From a virus (Duplodnaviria; Caudoviricetes): 64,000 bases of DNA. A program made the translations under genes and the position numbers. The stretch lies in the IMG/VR virus record IMGVR_UViG_3300005662_000039, positions 4,188 through 68,187 of that record; one strand, given 5' to 3'. The first letter of the stretch is position 1. Each line of letters opens with the position of its first letter. A model generated the notes under the pieces. It was not told where the DNA came from. It ran no database searches and worked only from the letters and a program-made list of their open reading frames with translations. Positions 19,501 through 28,473 of this stretch are shown piece after piece.

Positions 19501-20275
19501 AAATTCTAATAAATTGAGTGACTTATCGTCGACAACATCTGCTGAACTGGCTTCGGTGATAAGTGATGAAACAGGAACTGGAGTTCTTGTGTTCGGTACC
19601 TCGCCAGAGATAACTACAAGTTTGACTACCAGTAGTTCTACATTTAGCCTTGTGAATACGAACGCTACCACCGTTAATTTTGCTGGAGCAGCTACATCTC
19701 TCACAATTGGATCAACCAGCGGAACGACGATTATTAGGAATGATTTGCAATTGAACGCACAGTCTGATCTTCGTTTTGCAGACTCGGATTCTTCGCATTA
19801 TGTATCCTTTCAGGCACCATCAACAGTTTTATCAAATATTACATGGACTTTACCTTCTACTGATGGATCTAGTGGTCAATTGCTGTCTACCAATGGATCT
19901 GGAACACTTTCATGGACTAGTGATGAGGACTTGATAAGTTGTTACATAGATGGCACTCCCGATGTGATATCTACTGGAGTAAAAGCTTTTAAAGTAATTC
20001 CTTATGATTGTGAAGTAGTTGCGTGGTATGTTATTTCCAACTCTTCTGGAAGCATGCAGTGGGACGTAAGCAAGGCTGATTTTGCTACATATCCGACAAC
20101 TACTTCCATAGTTTCTCTATCTGATTATCCAGATCTAGTGTCTCAGTCGAAAAATTCTAACACATCTGTTTCTGGATGGACGGCTATAGACTCTGGAGAT
20201 ATTGTCGAATTTGAAGTCACAAGTAATGCAGATGTACAGAATGTTGGGATATTCCTAAAGATACGGAGAATATGA
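16583..20275 (+). CDS. long mosaic fibre/appendage protein 3 (1230 aa)
   Basis: Mtd_N-like head (DGELAFSNASKKLFVG); modules shared with fibres 1 and 2; three FEG...ETTL...PTADRTIT(L/F)P repeats. Confidence 0.8.
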   Translation: MTISRESLITILYGANAQNSPSDLSDGELAFSNASKKLFVGSDSDSTSNWIGSIIDDSSSIDWYGVTSENNKLSTQHAIMQLFSSGAISELKISSKLIFPNEDGSYYSALQGNSNASQDAIYILPASIGSVDQVLKISSISGSEVSLSWGTSTGGSGTPGGSDTYVQFNDGGSFGGDSGITYNKTTDALSVAGDINANGGAVKTIATTFSLADATATTINFGGSATSMNIGSTTGSTTIKSPTLVGSQSTQALYDTVATTMNFARTATLITMGSTTGTTAIRNPILRLGSTTGVIATNTTASTNHITLQPCGELSITPTTTLVNAGSIPSLTVENTDGATGVVEISGGNLFLGRKTADDAVFTSVDIVFEGAASDAFETTLTVADPTADRTITLPDASGTVGLVPGNNTEVVYNNNGALGSSSLFIYDSASNILEVDGGHVRSSLLGAVQIEVRNTTGSPISAGTPVYAVGYSGVRILIAPADASDSSRMPAVGIVDGAISNNSNGHATVTGVLRNINTTSYSVNQTLYVASGGGLTNVRPTSASVLVQNMGKVVNVGVNGEVVVFGPGRTNDVPNQIIVNDTIIFEGATANDYETTLAVTDPTADRTITFPDSTGTVALVAGSDTYVMFNDGGSALGGDSGLTYNKTTDTLTVSGDLAVNGGDITTTASGTFNIVNSNATGIYMGNNDATDVRIGKTDSTGTNRLYGTTQIVGGTLTTGAATSYLFNTTSTTLAIGGAASLLTLGYDSTGSSTTNISNGTVGSGSTKTVNIGTGGGASSTTNINIGSSIAGTVTINSNVTASLDLAVNGGDITTTASSATVMNSNASTLSIGGAATSLTVGATTGTAYLRNPLFVLGSTAVGISTNSGTSNYISFVPYGNFTISPLSTGSTFGGTSTSLNVTNGVDATGVVSVSGGDLYLGTKQSDEFSPPVSVNIIFEGSSNDGFETTLTITNPTADRTITLPNLSGTAIVNSNKLSDLSSTTSAELASVISDETGTGVLVFGTSPEITTSLTTSSSTFSLVNTNATTVNFAGAATSLTIGSTSGTTIIRNDLQLNAQSDLRFADSDSSHYVSFQAPSTVLSNITWTLPSTDGSSGQLLSTNGSGTLSWTSDEDLISCYIDGTPDVISTGVKAFKVIPYDCEVVAWYVISNSSGSMQWDVSKADFATYPTTTSIVSLSDYPDLVSQSKNSNTSVSGWTAIDSGDIVEFEVTSNADVQNVGIFLKIRRI

Positions 20276-22683
20276 TGAAGGTTGCGGTAGAACACCATTT
20301 CACAGGAACTACGGAGCTATTAAGCGGCACATACGACTCCGATAAGACGATGATCGGTTCACTGTTGAAGCAGTACACTGGATCCAATCCAGAAGACAAG
20401 TACATTTCACCAAGAGCAGCGGCTATTTCCAATATACCTGAAGTTAGCGGTGGTGCTGGTACTATGTACCTTCCCCATGTCGTTCAGTGGTCTAGCAATA
20501 TTTACTGGGTTTTTGTTGTCTCTAACGCTACGGCTGCTGTAACAAGAACTATCGGAATGTATGAGTTCGATTCCAACAGTTCCACTCTGACATGGAAGGG
20601 ATTCATAACCCTCTCTGGAACCACTGTTGCAGGAAACAAAACTGCCAGAAGTTTGCGAGCCATGCTATACGAGCATACAACTGGAACTGTATCTACTAGC
20701 GGGTCGTCTACTACTATCACTGGTTCTGGAACTGGGTTCCAAAGCGAAAGAATAGCGGTTGGTGCAAGAATAGGATTTGGAACAACAGATCAAACCGCAG
20801 TTACGACTTGGTACGAAATAACCGCCATCGCAAGCGACACATCTTTGACCATTAGTGCTCCTGTAACGCTATCGGCAGGAACATCATATGTCATAGAAGA
20901 GTTGAGAATAGCAGTTCTTTGCACGAACGCAACCTTTATAAACGGTGGAGTGCATCTCATAAAGGGCTTAAACTACTCGACATTTGTCAACGGTGGAACC
21001 ACCATAACAGAGGCAACAACGGTTGACAATATTCGTGCTTCGTATCTTCTGAAGCCTGCTAATGTGGCAAGCGCATCCCACTCTACATTCACAGTAACTA
21101 TTGCTGCGCCTGGTGTATTCACAATAAACAATCACGGATTACTGTCTGGAGACATAGTATTTCTTACAACCACTGGTGCTCTTCCAACAGGTCTTGCGGT
21201 GAACACTGCTTACTATGTCATATCTACTGATCTCACAACTAATACTTTTAAACTTTCGGCAACATACAACGGTGCAGCAATCACTACAACTGGTACACAG
21301 AGCGGTACACACACCATGCACACTGGACTGAACTACAACGGTGCTGGTATGGCACTGGATGAGTTCGTAAGTAATACTGATCATAGCCTTTACTTCATAA
21401 ACGCTGAATCTGCAACTGCAAGAGTGACGAAGTTTAATATTCGTGCAGCACTTACGGTCGGTTCCATCACTGGTGGCCCTTCCAACGGTGTTTCGTCTAG
21501 TGCTCATGTCGCCAGAACAGTTCAGCAAGCAGTTACTGGAACAGTCGCACAGTTGGCAAATGCTAGAGTATACACGGTCAATCACGGTGCTGCATCTGGT
21601 GTGAAGTCCCTTTGGTTTGCAACCACCACAAGAATATACAGATGCCCTGTTGCTAATCTAACTGAGGCTAGTACCAACTGGTTGGCTGATGCTATGGTGG
21701 AAGTTCCACCAGGCGGTGGAAACATTACTTACAACACAACAGGTACGATGTCACAGGTAGATTATGCTGGTTCCATAGACCGAATGTTCATAACAACCAC
21801 TTCTGGTCGTTTTGGAACATATGTGGCGCAGTACGATTCTAGCGGTTCTACACAGTTTGATCGAATAATAGGAACAAATCTTAACAGGTATAAACTAACT
21901 TCCACAGCGGTTGGCTCTATGGATGGGCTGTTCCCACAGGCAACACTCACCCTGTGGAGCGAAAATGGATGGTTATTCTCGATTCCTAGTACCACAACCT
22001 CTGGTCTTAACTGGCTCTATATTTTCCCGTTTGGATCTGACAGCACATATCACCTAACCTCTAACCAGTATATGATAAGTCCGAAACTAGCAACAACAAA
22101 TGCCACGAAACTATATCAGGTTTACTTCGATCATATGGAGTATTCTGGTTCTCACGCTCTTGGATTCCCAGTAGAGTCGTACAGAGCATACTACCGCACA
22201 AGTGGAATAGACGATAATAGCGGTGCTTGGACAGAAATCACCGTTGGCGGTGATCTTACTGGTATTACTCCTGGCGATTACATTCAGTTTAAGGTTGCTT
22301 TCGATATTATGGGTGAGGTTTGCGTGCCTACTAGATTGTATTCCTTATGCTGCATATACGAGGATTCTTCTCAGGATTCACACTATCAGCCATCGCTAAC
22401 GAAGTCCTCTGCCGCAAACAGACAGTTCGTATGGAGACAAGTATCATCTTGGGGTTCTAATATTCCCGATCTACAAATAAGATTGTACAATACCAGCACA
22501 GGATTCCTTGTGCTAGATGACACGGTAAATACTGCTGCATCGGGTGATTGGGAATATTCCACTGATGGAACAACTTGGAATGCTTGGAATGCCGCACAAG
22601 ACACCGTTGGAAACTATATTCGTTATACAGCGGATTCTCTCCCAAATAATATTACAGTAAGAGCACTGCTCACACAGGTATAA
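20272..22683 (+). CDS. large beta-rich virion structural/appendage protein (803 aa)
   Basis: T/S/G-rich; internal TVTIAAPGVFT..NHGL.SGD.V...TTGALPTGL..NTAYYV module common in phage appendage proteins. Confidence 0.65.
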   Translation: MMKVAVEHHFTGTTELLSGTYDSDKTMIGSLLKQYTGSNPEDKYISPRAAAISNIPEVSGGAGTMYLPHVVQWSSNIYWVFVVSNATAAVTRTIGMYEFDSNSSTLTWKGFITLSGTTVAGNKTARSLRAMLYEHTTGTVSTSGSSTTITGSGTGFQSERIAVGARIGFGTTDQTAVTTWYEITAIASDTSLTISAPVTLSAGTSYVIEELRIAVLCTNATFINGGVHLIKGLNYSTFVNGGTTITEATTVDNIRASYLLKPANVASASHSTFTVTIAAPGVFTINNHGLLSGDIVFLTTTGALPTGLAVNTAYYVISTDLTTNTFKLSATYNGAAITTTGTQSGTHTMHTGLNYNGAGMALDEFVSNTDHSLYFINAESATARVTKFNIRAALTVGSITGGPSNGVSSSAHVARTVQQAVTGTVAQLANARVYTVNHGAASGVKSLWFATTTRIYRCPVANLTEASTNWLADAMVEVPPGGGNITYNTTGTMSQVDYAGSIDRMFITTTSGRFGTYVAQYDSSGSTQFDRIIGTNLNRYKLTSTAVGSMDGLFPQATLTLWSENGWLFSIPSTTTSGLNWLYIFPFGSDSTYHLTSNQYMISPKLATTNATKLYQVYFDHMEYSGSHALGFPVESYRAYYRTSGIDDNSGAWTEITVGGDLTGITPGDYIQFKVAFDIMGEVCVPTRLYSLCCIYEDSSQDSHYQPSLTKSSAANRQFVWRQVSSWGSNIPDLQIRLYNTSTGFLVLDDTVNTAASGDWEYSTDGTTWNAWNAAQDTVGNYIRYTADSLPNNITVRALLTQV

Positions 22684-22684
22684 A

Positions 22685-22834
22685 ATGGTCGATGACATCA
22701 TTTTTCACAGCAACTATTTCTTTCTGGAATTACCGACATATAGTTCTGGTGTGATTACTTCCGTTTTGGAATGGGATGCACCAGATTCATTTCAGATAAG
22801 ATTGGCATTACCTGAAAGAATAAGTATAGGTTGA
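22685..22834 (+). CDS. possible 49-aa protein
   Basis: ATG 1 nt after the previous stop, giving MVDDIIFHSNYFFLELP...; fills the intergenic gap; no homology evidence. Confidence 0.3.
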   Translation: MVDDIIFHSNYFFLELPTYSSGVITSVLEWDAPDSFQIRLALPERISIG

Positions 22835-22912
22835 TATATTTTATGTATTTTAGTACTTATATAAAAAAGATTTTATTAGTATTGTAAAAAATATAATGTG
22901 GAGGGTTTTATT

Positions 22913-23272
22913 ATGCCTGATCCGCAGTTAAGATATTTAATAGTGGTGCCTGTTTATAAACAGTTGTCAGTTAACGCCGTACTAGAAAAATTAGTAGATA
23001 GAGCAAAATCTTTTTTTCAGTTAGATTGTGCATGTTCGAGATATGGGAATATGCCTCCTTCTCACTTTTATTGTTCTAAATTAACTCAGGAAGCTTTTGA
23101 TGTAGCATCAATTGTTATTGAAGAAAATATGCCTCATTGCTATTGGTGCAGTTTTTTTGATGGTGATTTTGTATGGGATACTAATGTTGCAGAGTGCGCC
23201 AATATGATAGGAGAGAAAGTCTCGGACAGAGAATTTCTAAAGACTATAGGGCTTAAGCCGATAAGAGTATAA
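22913..23272 (+). CDS. hypothetical protein upstream of terminase
   Basis: GGAGG RBS before ATG 22913; stop overlaps the TerL start. Confidence 0.6.
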   Translation: MPDPQLRYLIVVPVYKQLSVNAVLEKLVDRAKSFFQLDCACSRYGNMPPSHFYCSKLTQEAFDVASIVIEENMPHCYWCSFFDGDFVWDTNVAECANMIGEKVSDREFLKTIGLKPIRV

Positions 23273-25104
23273 TGGCAAAAAGAGGAAGACCTCCACTAGT
23301 CAATCCGATCATTAAGCATTTGGGAGACTTGAGAAAAGTCATCCAGACTACATCTATATCATCTGAAATAAATAGAAAAATACCTTCTATAGAGGAATTC
23401 ATAGATAGTGAAGACTACTTGGGTCTTCCCAAGCGCACCCCCCATCCAATCAACCTTTTTCCTATGCAGCGTATAGTACTGAAGGCTTTTTATAGGGGTA
23501 CTGAGGGAAATGAAAATGTTAAATTAACAGAAGAAGAGATTCAACTTTGTCGTGATTTAGAACTTGAAGATGAAGAGAATGGGGATTTTATCAACAAGTA
23601 CGAATCAGACAACCTTTTCACCGAAATGGTTCTGGTTTGGGGCAGGAGATCAGGTAAAGATTTTTGTGTTGCCATTATTGCCCTGTACGAAGCGCTTAAG
23701 TTATTGGAAGCGCCAGGTGGCGATCCTCATGCATTGTATGGATTAGGAGGAGGAGCTCCATTTAATATACTAACAATAGCAAACTCGGCATCTCAAGCGC
23801 AAGTTTTGTTCAATGAGATTAAGGATAAGATACTTCCTTCTAAGTATTTTCAAACAAAAATGGGATCGGATTGCATTACGGCAGACTCAATTCATTTGCT
23901 GACGCCGTCTGATATGAAAAGAAATAAAGACATGGAAGCAAAAGGACTTCCTCAAACGCAAGGTAGCGTCATTATAAAATCTGGTCATAGCAATTCGGAT
24001 TCTCTCGCTGGAATTGGCTGTTATTGTTTATTGTTGGATGAGATTGGCTTATACAAGCAAACTTCTGGATCTTCCGGAGGAGAGGCTATATACAGAACTT
24101 TAACTCCAGCCACTGCAACATATGTAAGAAAAGTAAAAGGTGTTGATAAGAATGGAGAGGAGACAGAAAAGTCTGTTTATGATGGCAAGATCATATGCAT
24201 AAGCAGTCCGCGAGGTAAAGATGGCATATTCTATGATTTGTTTAGCAATTCTCCATCAGTCCCGCATAGGATTACATGCAGACTTCCTACATGGAGCGTT
24301 AATGTCAATCAAAGCCAGGAAGATCTGCGCGCAAAATTTGGGGCTATGTCAGAAGAAGAATTTAATATGGAATTTGGCGCAGAGTTTTCAGGAATGTCTG
24401 GTCAGACGTTTTTTTCCAGAGATGTAGTTGAATCATGTTTTATAAATAATCTAAAATTAAAGGAAAGAGGAGAAATAGGTAGACAATACTATTGTCATCT
24501 TGATCCTGCTACAAGTTCTCATAATTATGCTCTTGTAGTTGTTCATAGAGAAGATTTTATAAATAAAGAAACTGGGAAATCTGATTTTAGAGTGTTGGTA
24601 GACCATGTGAAGGTTTGGACTCCATCAAAAAGTAGACCAATAGTAAATAGAGAGATAGATGACTACATAATAAAACTAAATAATAATTTTATATTATCAC
24701 AAGTCAGTTTTGATCAATGGAATTCTGCACAGAGCATAGAAAATCTAAGGAAGCATGGCATTCCCGCAAAACTGACGAGATTTACTAAAAGGTATAAGAA
24801 TATAATTTACGACAATTTATACGATATAGCAAGTTCAGGTAGACTAAAGATACCTCATGAAGAATTGCTTAAAAATGAAATGTTGTATTTACAGCGAAGA
24901 TTTACCCCAACTGGCTATAGAGTATTTGCCAAAAAAGATGGTCTGGTAAAAACGGACGACTCTGTAGATGCACTTGCTGGAGCCTGCTATGGATGTGTGC
25001 AGGAAAATGTGGATAGGCTACCAAGTGGTAGGCTGGCAAGAATGAATTTATGGTCTTTTGGTCAACAGTCAGGTGTGGCGAATACATTTTTTAATAGACT
25101 ATAA
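23272..25104 (+). CDS. terL: terminase large subunit
   Basis: Walker A WGRRSGKD; Walker B LLLDEIG; motif III ISSPRG; RNase H-like nuclease HLDPA, FDQWNS, DDSVDALAG. Confidence 0.93.
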   Translation: MAKRGRPPLVNPIIKHLGDLRKVIQTTSISSEINRKIPSIEEFIDSEDYLGLPKRTPHPINLFPMQRIVLKAFYRGTEGNENVKLTEEEIQLCRDLELEDEENGDFINKYESDNLFTEMVLVWGRRSGKDFCVAIIALYEALKLLEAPGGDPHALYGLGGGAPFNILTIANSASQAQVLFNEIKDKILPSKYFQTKMGSDCITADSIHLLTPSDMKRNKDMEAKGLPQTQGSVIIKSGHSNSDSLAGIGCYCLLLDEIGLYKQTSGSSGGEAIYRTLTPATATYVRKVKGVDKNGEETEKSVYDGKIICISSPRGKDGIFYDLFSNSPSVPHRITCRLPTWSVNVNQSQEDLRAKFGAMSEEEFNMEFGAEFSGMSGQTFFSRDVVESCFINNLKLKERGEIGRQYYCHLDPATSSHNYALVVVHREDFINKETGKSDFRVLVDHVKVWTPSKSRPIVNREIDDYIIKLNNNFILSQVSFDQWNSAQSIENLRKHGIPAKLTRFTKRYKNIIYDNLYDIASSGRLKIPHEELLKNEMLYLQRRFTPTGYRVFAKKDGLVKTDDSVDALAGACYGCVQENVDRLPSGRLARMNLWSFGQQSGVANTFFNRL

Positions 25105-25138
25105 AAGGTTATATGGAAAAATAGGAGTATAAAAAAAT

Positions 25139-25849
25139 ATGTTCAATTTATCAAAAATAATAAGTCAAATTTTAGGCATAAATAAGAAAGCTTCTTTAGA
25201 ATCTTCTTTAGAAAAAGAGAGGACTAAGCAGGGGCTGCGATCTGGCGAAGAAGTTGGTGAAAAAGCTTTGGAAATAGATCGAGTTGGAGATGATTCTGAT
25301 CTTATTGAATCAAATTTAGATGCCAACAGAAAAACGGAATCAGATGCCAAGGTAACAGAGGCAGCAGTTGATGAGCATTCTGGCTTTACTGCTCGGCAGC
25401 CTGGAAAAACAGATGATTATGGAGATGTGTCTCCTATGGCTGTTGCTTCAGAAGCTTGGGACGCCCGTGCTCGTGAATTGTATAAGAAAGAATTATCTAA
25501 AATAACTAAAGCTGACTCTATTTTAGATAAGTATATCGGAGATAGGCACAATACAGAGACTAAGATAAAGTCTGTGTCTGAAAATTCAAGCGGATTGGCA
25601 AACATATCAGATAGATTTAAGGATTACGGATCTACGCCATTTGAAGATGCTAAGAAAAACATAGATTCAGTATCAAAAGAAACCAAGATAAATAAGATAT
25701 CATCTCAAATAATGGATCTTGATGCAATAAGACTTGCTGTGGAGGTAGAAGCCTTTAAGCGTGGTCATCATACAGAAGAAGACCATAGGGTGCTTGCATC
25801 TGTACGAACAAATAAGAAAACATTGCTACAAGAGCTTTTTAGTGTTTAA
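25139..25849 (+). CDS. head-region protein, MFNLSK...KKAS leader
   Basis: Leader motif plus SLESSL/LIESNL/VTEAAV repeats resembling the TE(G/S)QL repeats of the protease. Confidence 0.7.
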   Translation: MFNLSKIISQILGINKKASLESSLEKERTKQGLRSGEEVGEKALEIDRVGDDSDLIESNLDANRKTESDAKVTEAAVDEHSGFTARQPGKTDDYGDVSPMAVASEAWDARARELYKKELSKITKADSILDKYIGDRHNTETKIKSVSENSSGLANISDRFKDYGSTPFEDAKKNIDSVSKETKINKISSQIMDLDAIRLAVEVEAFKRGHHTEEDHRVLASVRTNKKTLLQELFSV

Positions 25850-26333
25850 TATTAATACAAAAGGATTTACTTTAAAAATAGCTCAAAGAGGTACTGATGT
25901 GCCTAGGGCTTTTGAAAATCCTATAGGAAAAAGAGATCCGTATCAGAATTACGAATTACCCAATGATGGCAAGGGCAGAAAATTAAATATTTTTGGAACA
26001 ATAGGGATGCCTGGAGAGCCTGGTAACGGTTCATCCTCTGCTATTGGTGGAGAAAAATTCAAAAGGGTTAATCCAGACATAGCACATCCATATTCAGAGA
26101 CGGGAGACACATTATCTAAGAGCCAGGATCCAGACCATCCTTTTGATTCTGAAGAAGATGGAAGACCATCAAGAAGTGAGTACGGGGTTGGTGGAGGATT
26201 GAATTTTTACAGCGATGATAGCGCTTTATCTATTAATAGCCGTGTTTTTGGATCTGATAGAGATAAAAATCCCAATGGTCCCCAAGGCGATGTTGGCGGA
26301 AAAGTTCGCTCTTTAGTGCCGAAATCGACTTAA
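25842..26333 (+). CDS. head-region protein, MFNI...LKIAQ leader
   Basis: A GTG start at 25842 overlapping the previous stop gives MFNINTKGFTLKIAQ|RGTD; G/P/D/S-rich disordered body. Confidence 0.65.
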   Translation: MFNINTKGFTLKIAQRGTDVPRAFENPIGKRDPYQNYELPNDGKGRKLNIFGTIGMPGEPGNGSSSAIGGEKFKRVNPDIAHPYSETGDTLSKSQDPDHPFDSEEDGRPSRSEYGVGGGLNFYSDDSALSINSRVFGSDRDKNPNGPQGDVGGKVRSLVPKST

Positions 26334-26343
26334 GGAGTTCATA

Positions 26344-27009
26344 ATGAAGATTAAAGTAACGAACAAGGTTAAAGGGGAAATAGTTATATCCTGCTTGGGT
26401 GGATCTATGCGCAGAGGAGACACCGTGGCTCTTGACCAAACAAAATCCTCTCATCCTGATGTTCTTTGGGCTATTCACCATGGATATCTTGAGATAGTTG
26501 ATAATATAATTGGGCAAGAACCCATGAGCGATGTTGTATGCTTTGTAAATTGCACAAAGAGAACACTTACTGGCAAGATGTTCTCTAAGCCTTTAGATCC
26601 ATCAAGAAGTATTGTCGTTAAGAAAACTGACCTTATATTTAATGAACTTATTAAAATGGTCGATAAGGGCAAATTGAAGATAGACGGTTCAAATAGTGTT
26701 ACTGTTTCTAGTATTCACCCTTCTGGGGTCACAGTAGCTGAACATATTGAAAATTTGGAATTAAAAGAAATTCAATCAAAAAATAAGAATAAGTCAAAAA
26801 AGACTGCCATTAAAAAAGTTGAAAACAACACTGATATATATGCAAATAAGAAGGATGAAAAAGCACAATATAATAAGAAGATTAGCGATAAAAATGATTC
26901 AGGCATTAGGGAAGAAGTAAACATGGACAATGCGATAAAGAAATCTAATGCTTTAGTTATGGGCATTAGAGATCCAATATTTGTTGATATGAACGGCGAG
27001 GTATCATGA
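26344..27009 (+). CDS. protein with two tandem copies of a ~50-aa module and a charged tail
   Basis: Each copy: beta(N)-beta-...-helix-G(Y/K)L(E/K)I; GGAG RBS. Confidence 0.75.
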   Translation: MKIKVTNKVKGEIVISCLGGSMRRGDTVALDQTKSSHPDVLWAIHHGYLEIVDNIIGQEPMSDVVCFVNCTKRTLTGKMFSKPLDPSRSIVVKKTDLIFNELIKMVDKGKLKIDGSNSVTVSSIHPSGVTVAEHIENLELKEIQSKNKNKSKKTAIKKVENNTDIYANKKDEKAQYNKKISDKNDSGIREEVNMDNAIKKSNALVMGIRDPIFVDMNGEVS

Positions 27010-27152
27010 AAATATTTGCATCAAAAAAAGCATTCAACAAAATAAAAAATGTTAAAAAGAAAAACCTGCTTACATTATGTAGGTATTTTTCTCTAATATA
27101 CCCCAAAGAATACGTTGAGGGGGTCGCGGGTGGGCGCTGTCCTTCAAGATAA
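27006..27152 (+). CDS. 48-aa protein missed by the ORF track; paralogous to the C-terminus of 29888..30541
   Basis: Gapless 31-aa alignment FNKIKNVKKKNLLTLCRYFSLIYPKEYVEGV vs FVKIANLTDKQKAAFRSYWQNVWPKEFIDAV; ATGA overlap with the upstream stop. Confidence 0.65.
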   Translation: MKIFASKKAFNKIKNVKKKNLLTLCRYFSLIYPKEYVEGVAGGRCPSR

Positions 27153-27906
27153 TAAAGTCGCAATAAGTAATTTTATAGCACTCGATCTTAAAAGATTGGG
27201 TGTTGATTTTATCGATGGAGTCATTTACTATCGAGGCAAAAATTACAATTCTGTTTCCGAATATGCTGATGAATTAAAAAAAGAAGTAACAAAAAATATT
27301 AGTCAACTCCGTAGCATATGGCAGTCTGTGCCTATTTTTCTGGCGGAAGATAGTGGCATCATCACTTCGGAAGGGTCTAGGTTGCTCTCTCACTGTCTTT
27401 ATAATTTATTAAAAAAAGTCAACTCCTATCATGTATTAAGCGGAATTCATGCTTCAATATCAATAAGATCAGCATTAAATTCAGATACTAAAAGATGGAG
27501 CGATAAGACAGCTGAAGATATATCTTATTTATCCGTAAAAATAGACAATATAGAAAGAGACATACGAAATAAAGCTTTTATAGTATCCTCCATTCACTTT
27601 TTGCACGAGAGTATGAAAAAAGTGGCTCAAAGTTCTGGAGGATCAGTTCAAGGTGCTTATTCCAACCTTGATTTACCAATGGCTGAGAGATGGTATCTAT
27701 GGAGAGATATTGATGATGAAGTAGATGGTAGAAGGGATTCTATTAGATCTCAACGTAGATATCAAATGGGTCTGGAAGACTCGGATCCGCTTGGTGTTAA
27801 GGAGGGTTTCTATTGGAGAGAAATAAGAAACGAACCATATAAGTTCGATGTTTTATATCCAGACTCGCCATATCCATACAGAAGTGCATTGTGGGGTAAT
27901 CCATGA
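27115..27906 (+). CDS. head-region protein with internal KKVAQ
   Basis: 263 aa, TTG start uncertain; KKVAQ|SSGGSVQGAYSNLDLPMAERW. Confidence 0.7.
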   Translation: MRGSRVGAVLQDNKVAISNFIALDLKRLGVDFIDGVIYYRGKNYNSVSEYADELKKEVTKNISQLRSIWQSVPIFLAEDSGIITSEGSRLLSHCLYNLLKKVNSYHVLSGIHASISIRSALNSDTKRWSDKTAEDISYLSVKIDNIERDIRNKAFIVSSIHFLHESMKKVAQSSGGSVQGAYSNLDLPMAERWYLWRDIDDEVDGRRDSIRSQRRYQMGLEDSDPLGVKEGFYWREIRNEPYKFDVLYPDSPYPYRSALWGNP

Positions 27907-28265
27907 ATGATATAAATAAAAAATCATATTCTGTTATTTCTCTAGTGTCCTCGATGGGGAGACCATCTTTTGTCCAAGGCAAAATACTACTGGAAATGTT
28001 TAAGATGGGGAGCGGTTCGTCTCTTGGACTTCCAGCCCATATAGGATCAGCTCAACTTAGTGAACTTCAGCGTAATGGTCTTATAGATATAGATTCAAAA
28101 AATAACATTTACCCAACTAAAATGGGTATGAAAATGCTGGAATCTTTAATATTGGGAGAAGATGATTGCACCTACCCACTAAAGGAGGCTGTTGCTGCTG
28201 ACAAGTTTAAAAAAGGAATTCCTCTTCATATGCTGGCAAAGTCTTCTTCCATCATGAGGCTATGA
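27903..28265 (+). CDS. hypothetical protein (possible winged helix)
   Basis: LSELQRNGLIDI...IYPTKMGMKML resembles a wHTH wing. Confidence 0.6.
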   Translation: MNDINKKSYSVISLVSSMGRPSFVQGKILLEMFKMGSGSSLGLPAHIGSAQLSELQRNGLIDIDSKNNIYPTKMGMKMLESLILGEDDCTYPLKEAVAADKFKKGIPLHMLAKSSSIMRL

Positions 28266-28266
28266 A

Positions 28267-28473
28267 ATGCAAGTAATTGCTTTTTATAAAGATGCCGCCG
28301 ATTATGATTCTTTTATAAAAAAAATTATAAATAAAGATATGCATAGCGACATTATTCATCACAAAAGCCAGAAGAAATTAATAATTGATATAACTATCGG
28401 TTCGGAGGATGATGCCGAGGGTTTTTTTATAGCTGAAAGATTTAGGGGCAGAAAGTTGGTTATAGATGCCTAG
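28267..28473 (+). CDS. hypothetical protein
   Basis: 68-aa ORF coupled to both neighbours. Confidence 0.55.
   Translation: MQVIAFYKDAADYDSFIKKIINKDMHSDIIHHKSQKKLIIDITIGSEDDAEGFFIAERFRGRKLVIDA

Noticed and set aside
10062-20275. Diversity-generating retroelement targeting the Mtd_N-like fibres
   Set aside because: No reverse transcriptase, and no near-identical repeat pair differing only at adenines. The shared blocks differ at all base types.
10382-22701. Numerous - strand ORFs over the fibre genes (and similarly over protease and MCP)
   Set aside because: Antisense shadows produced by biased codon usage of the + strand genes; V/P/A-rich and without RBS or motifs.
22913-23272. Small terminase subunit call for the gene before terL
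   Set aside because: Position only; no HTH or coiled-coil oligomerisation features recognised.
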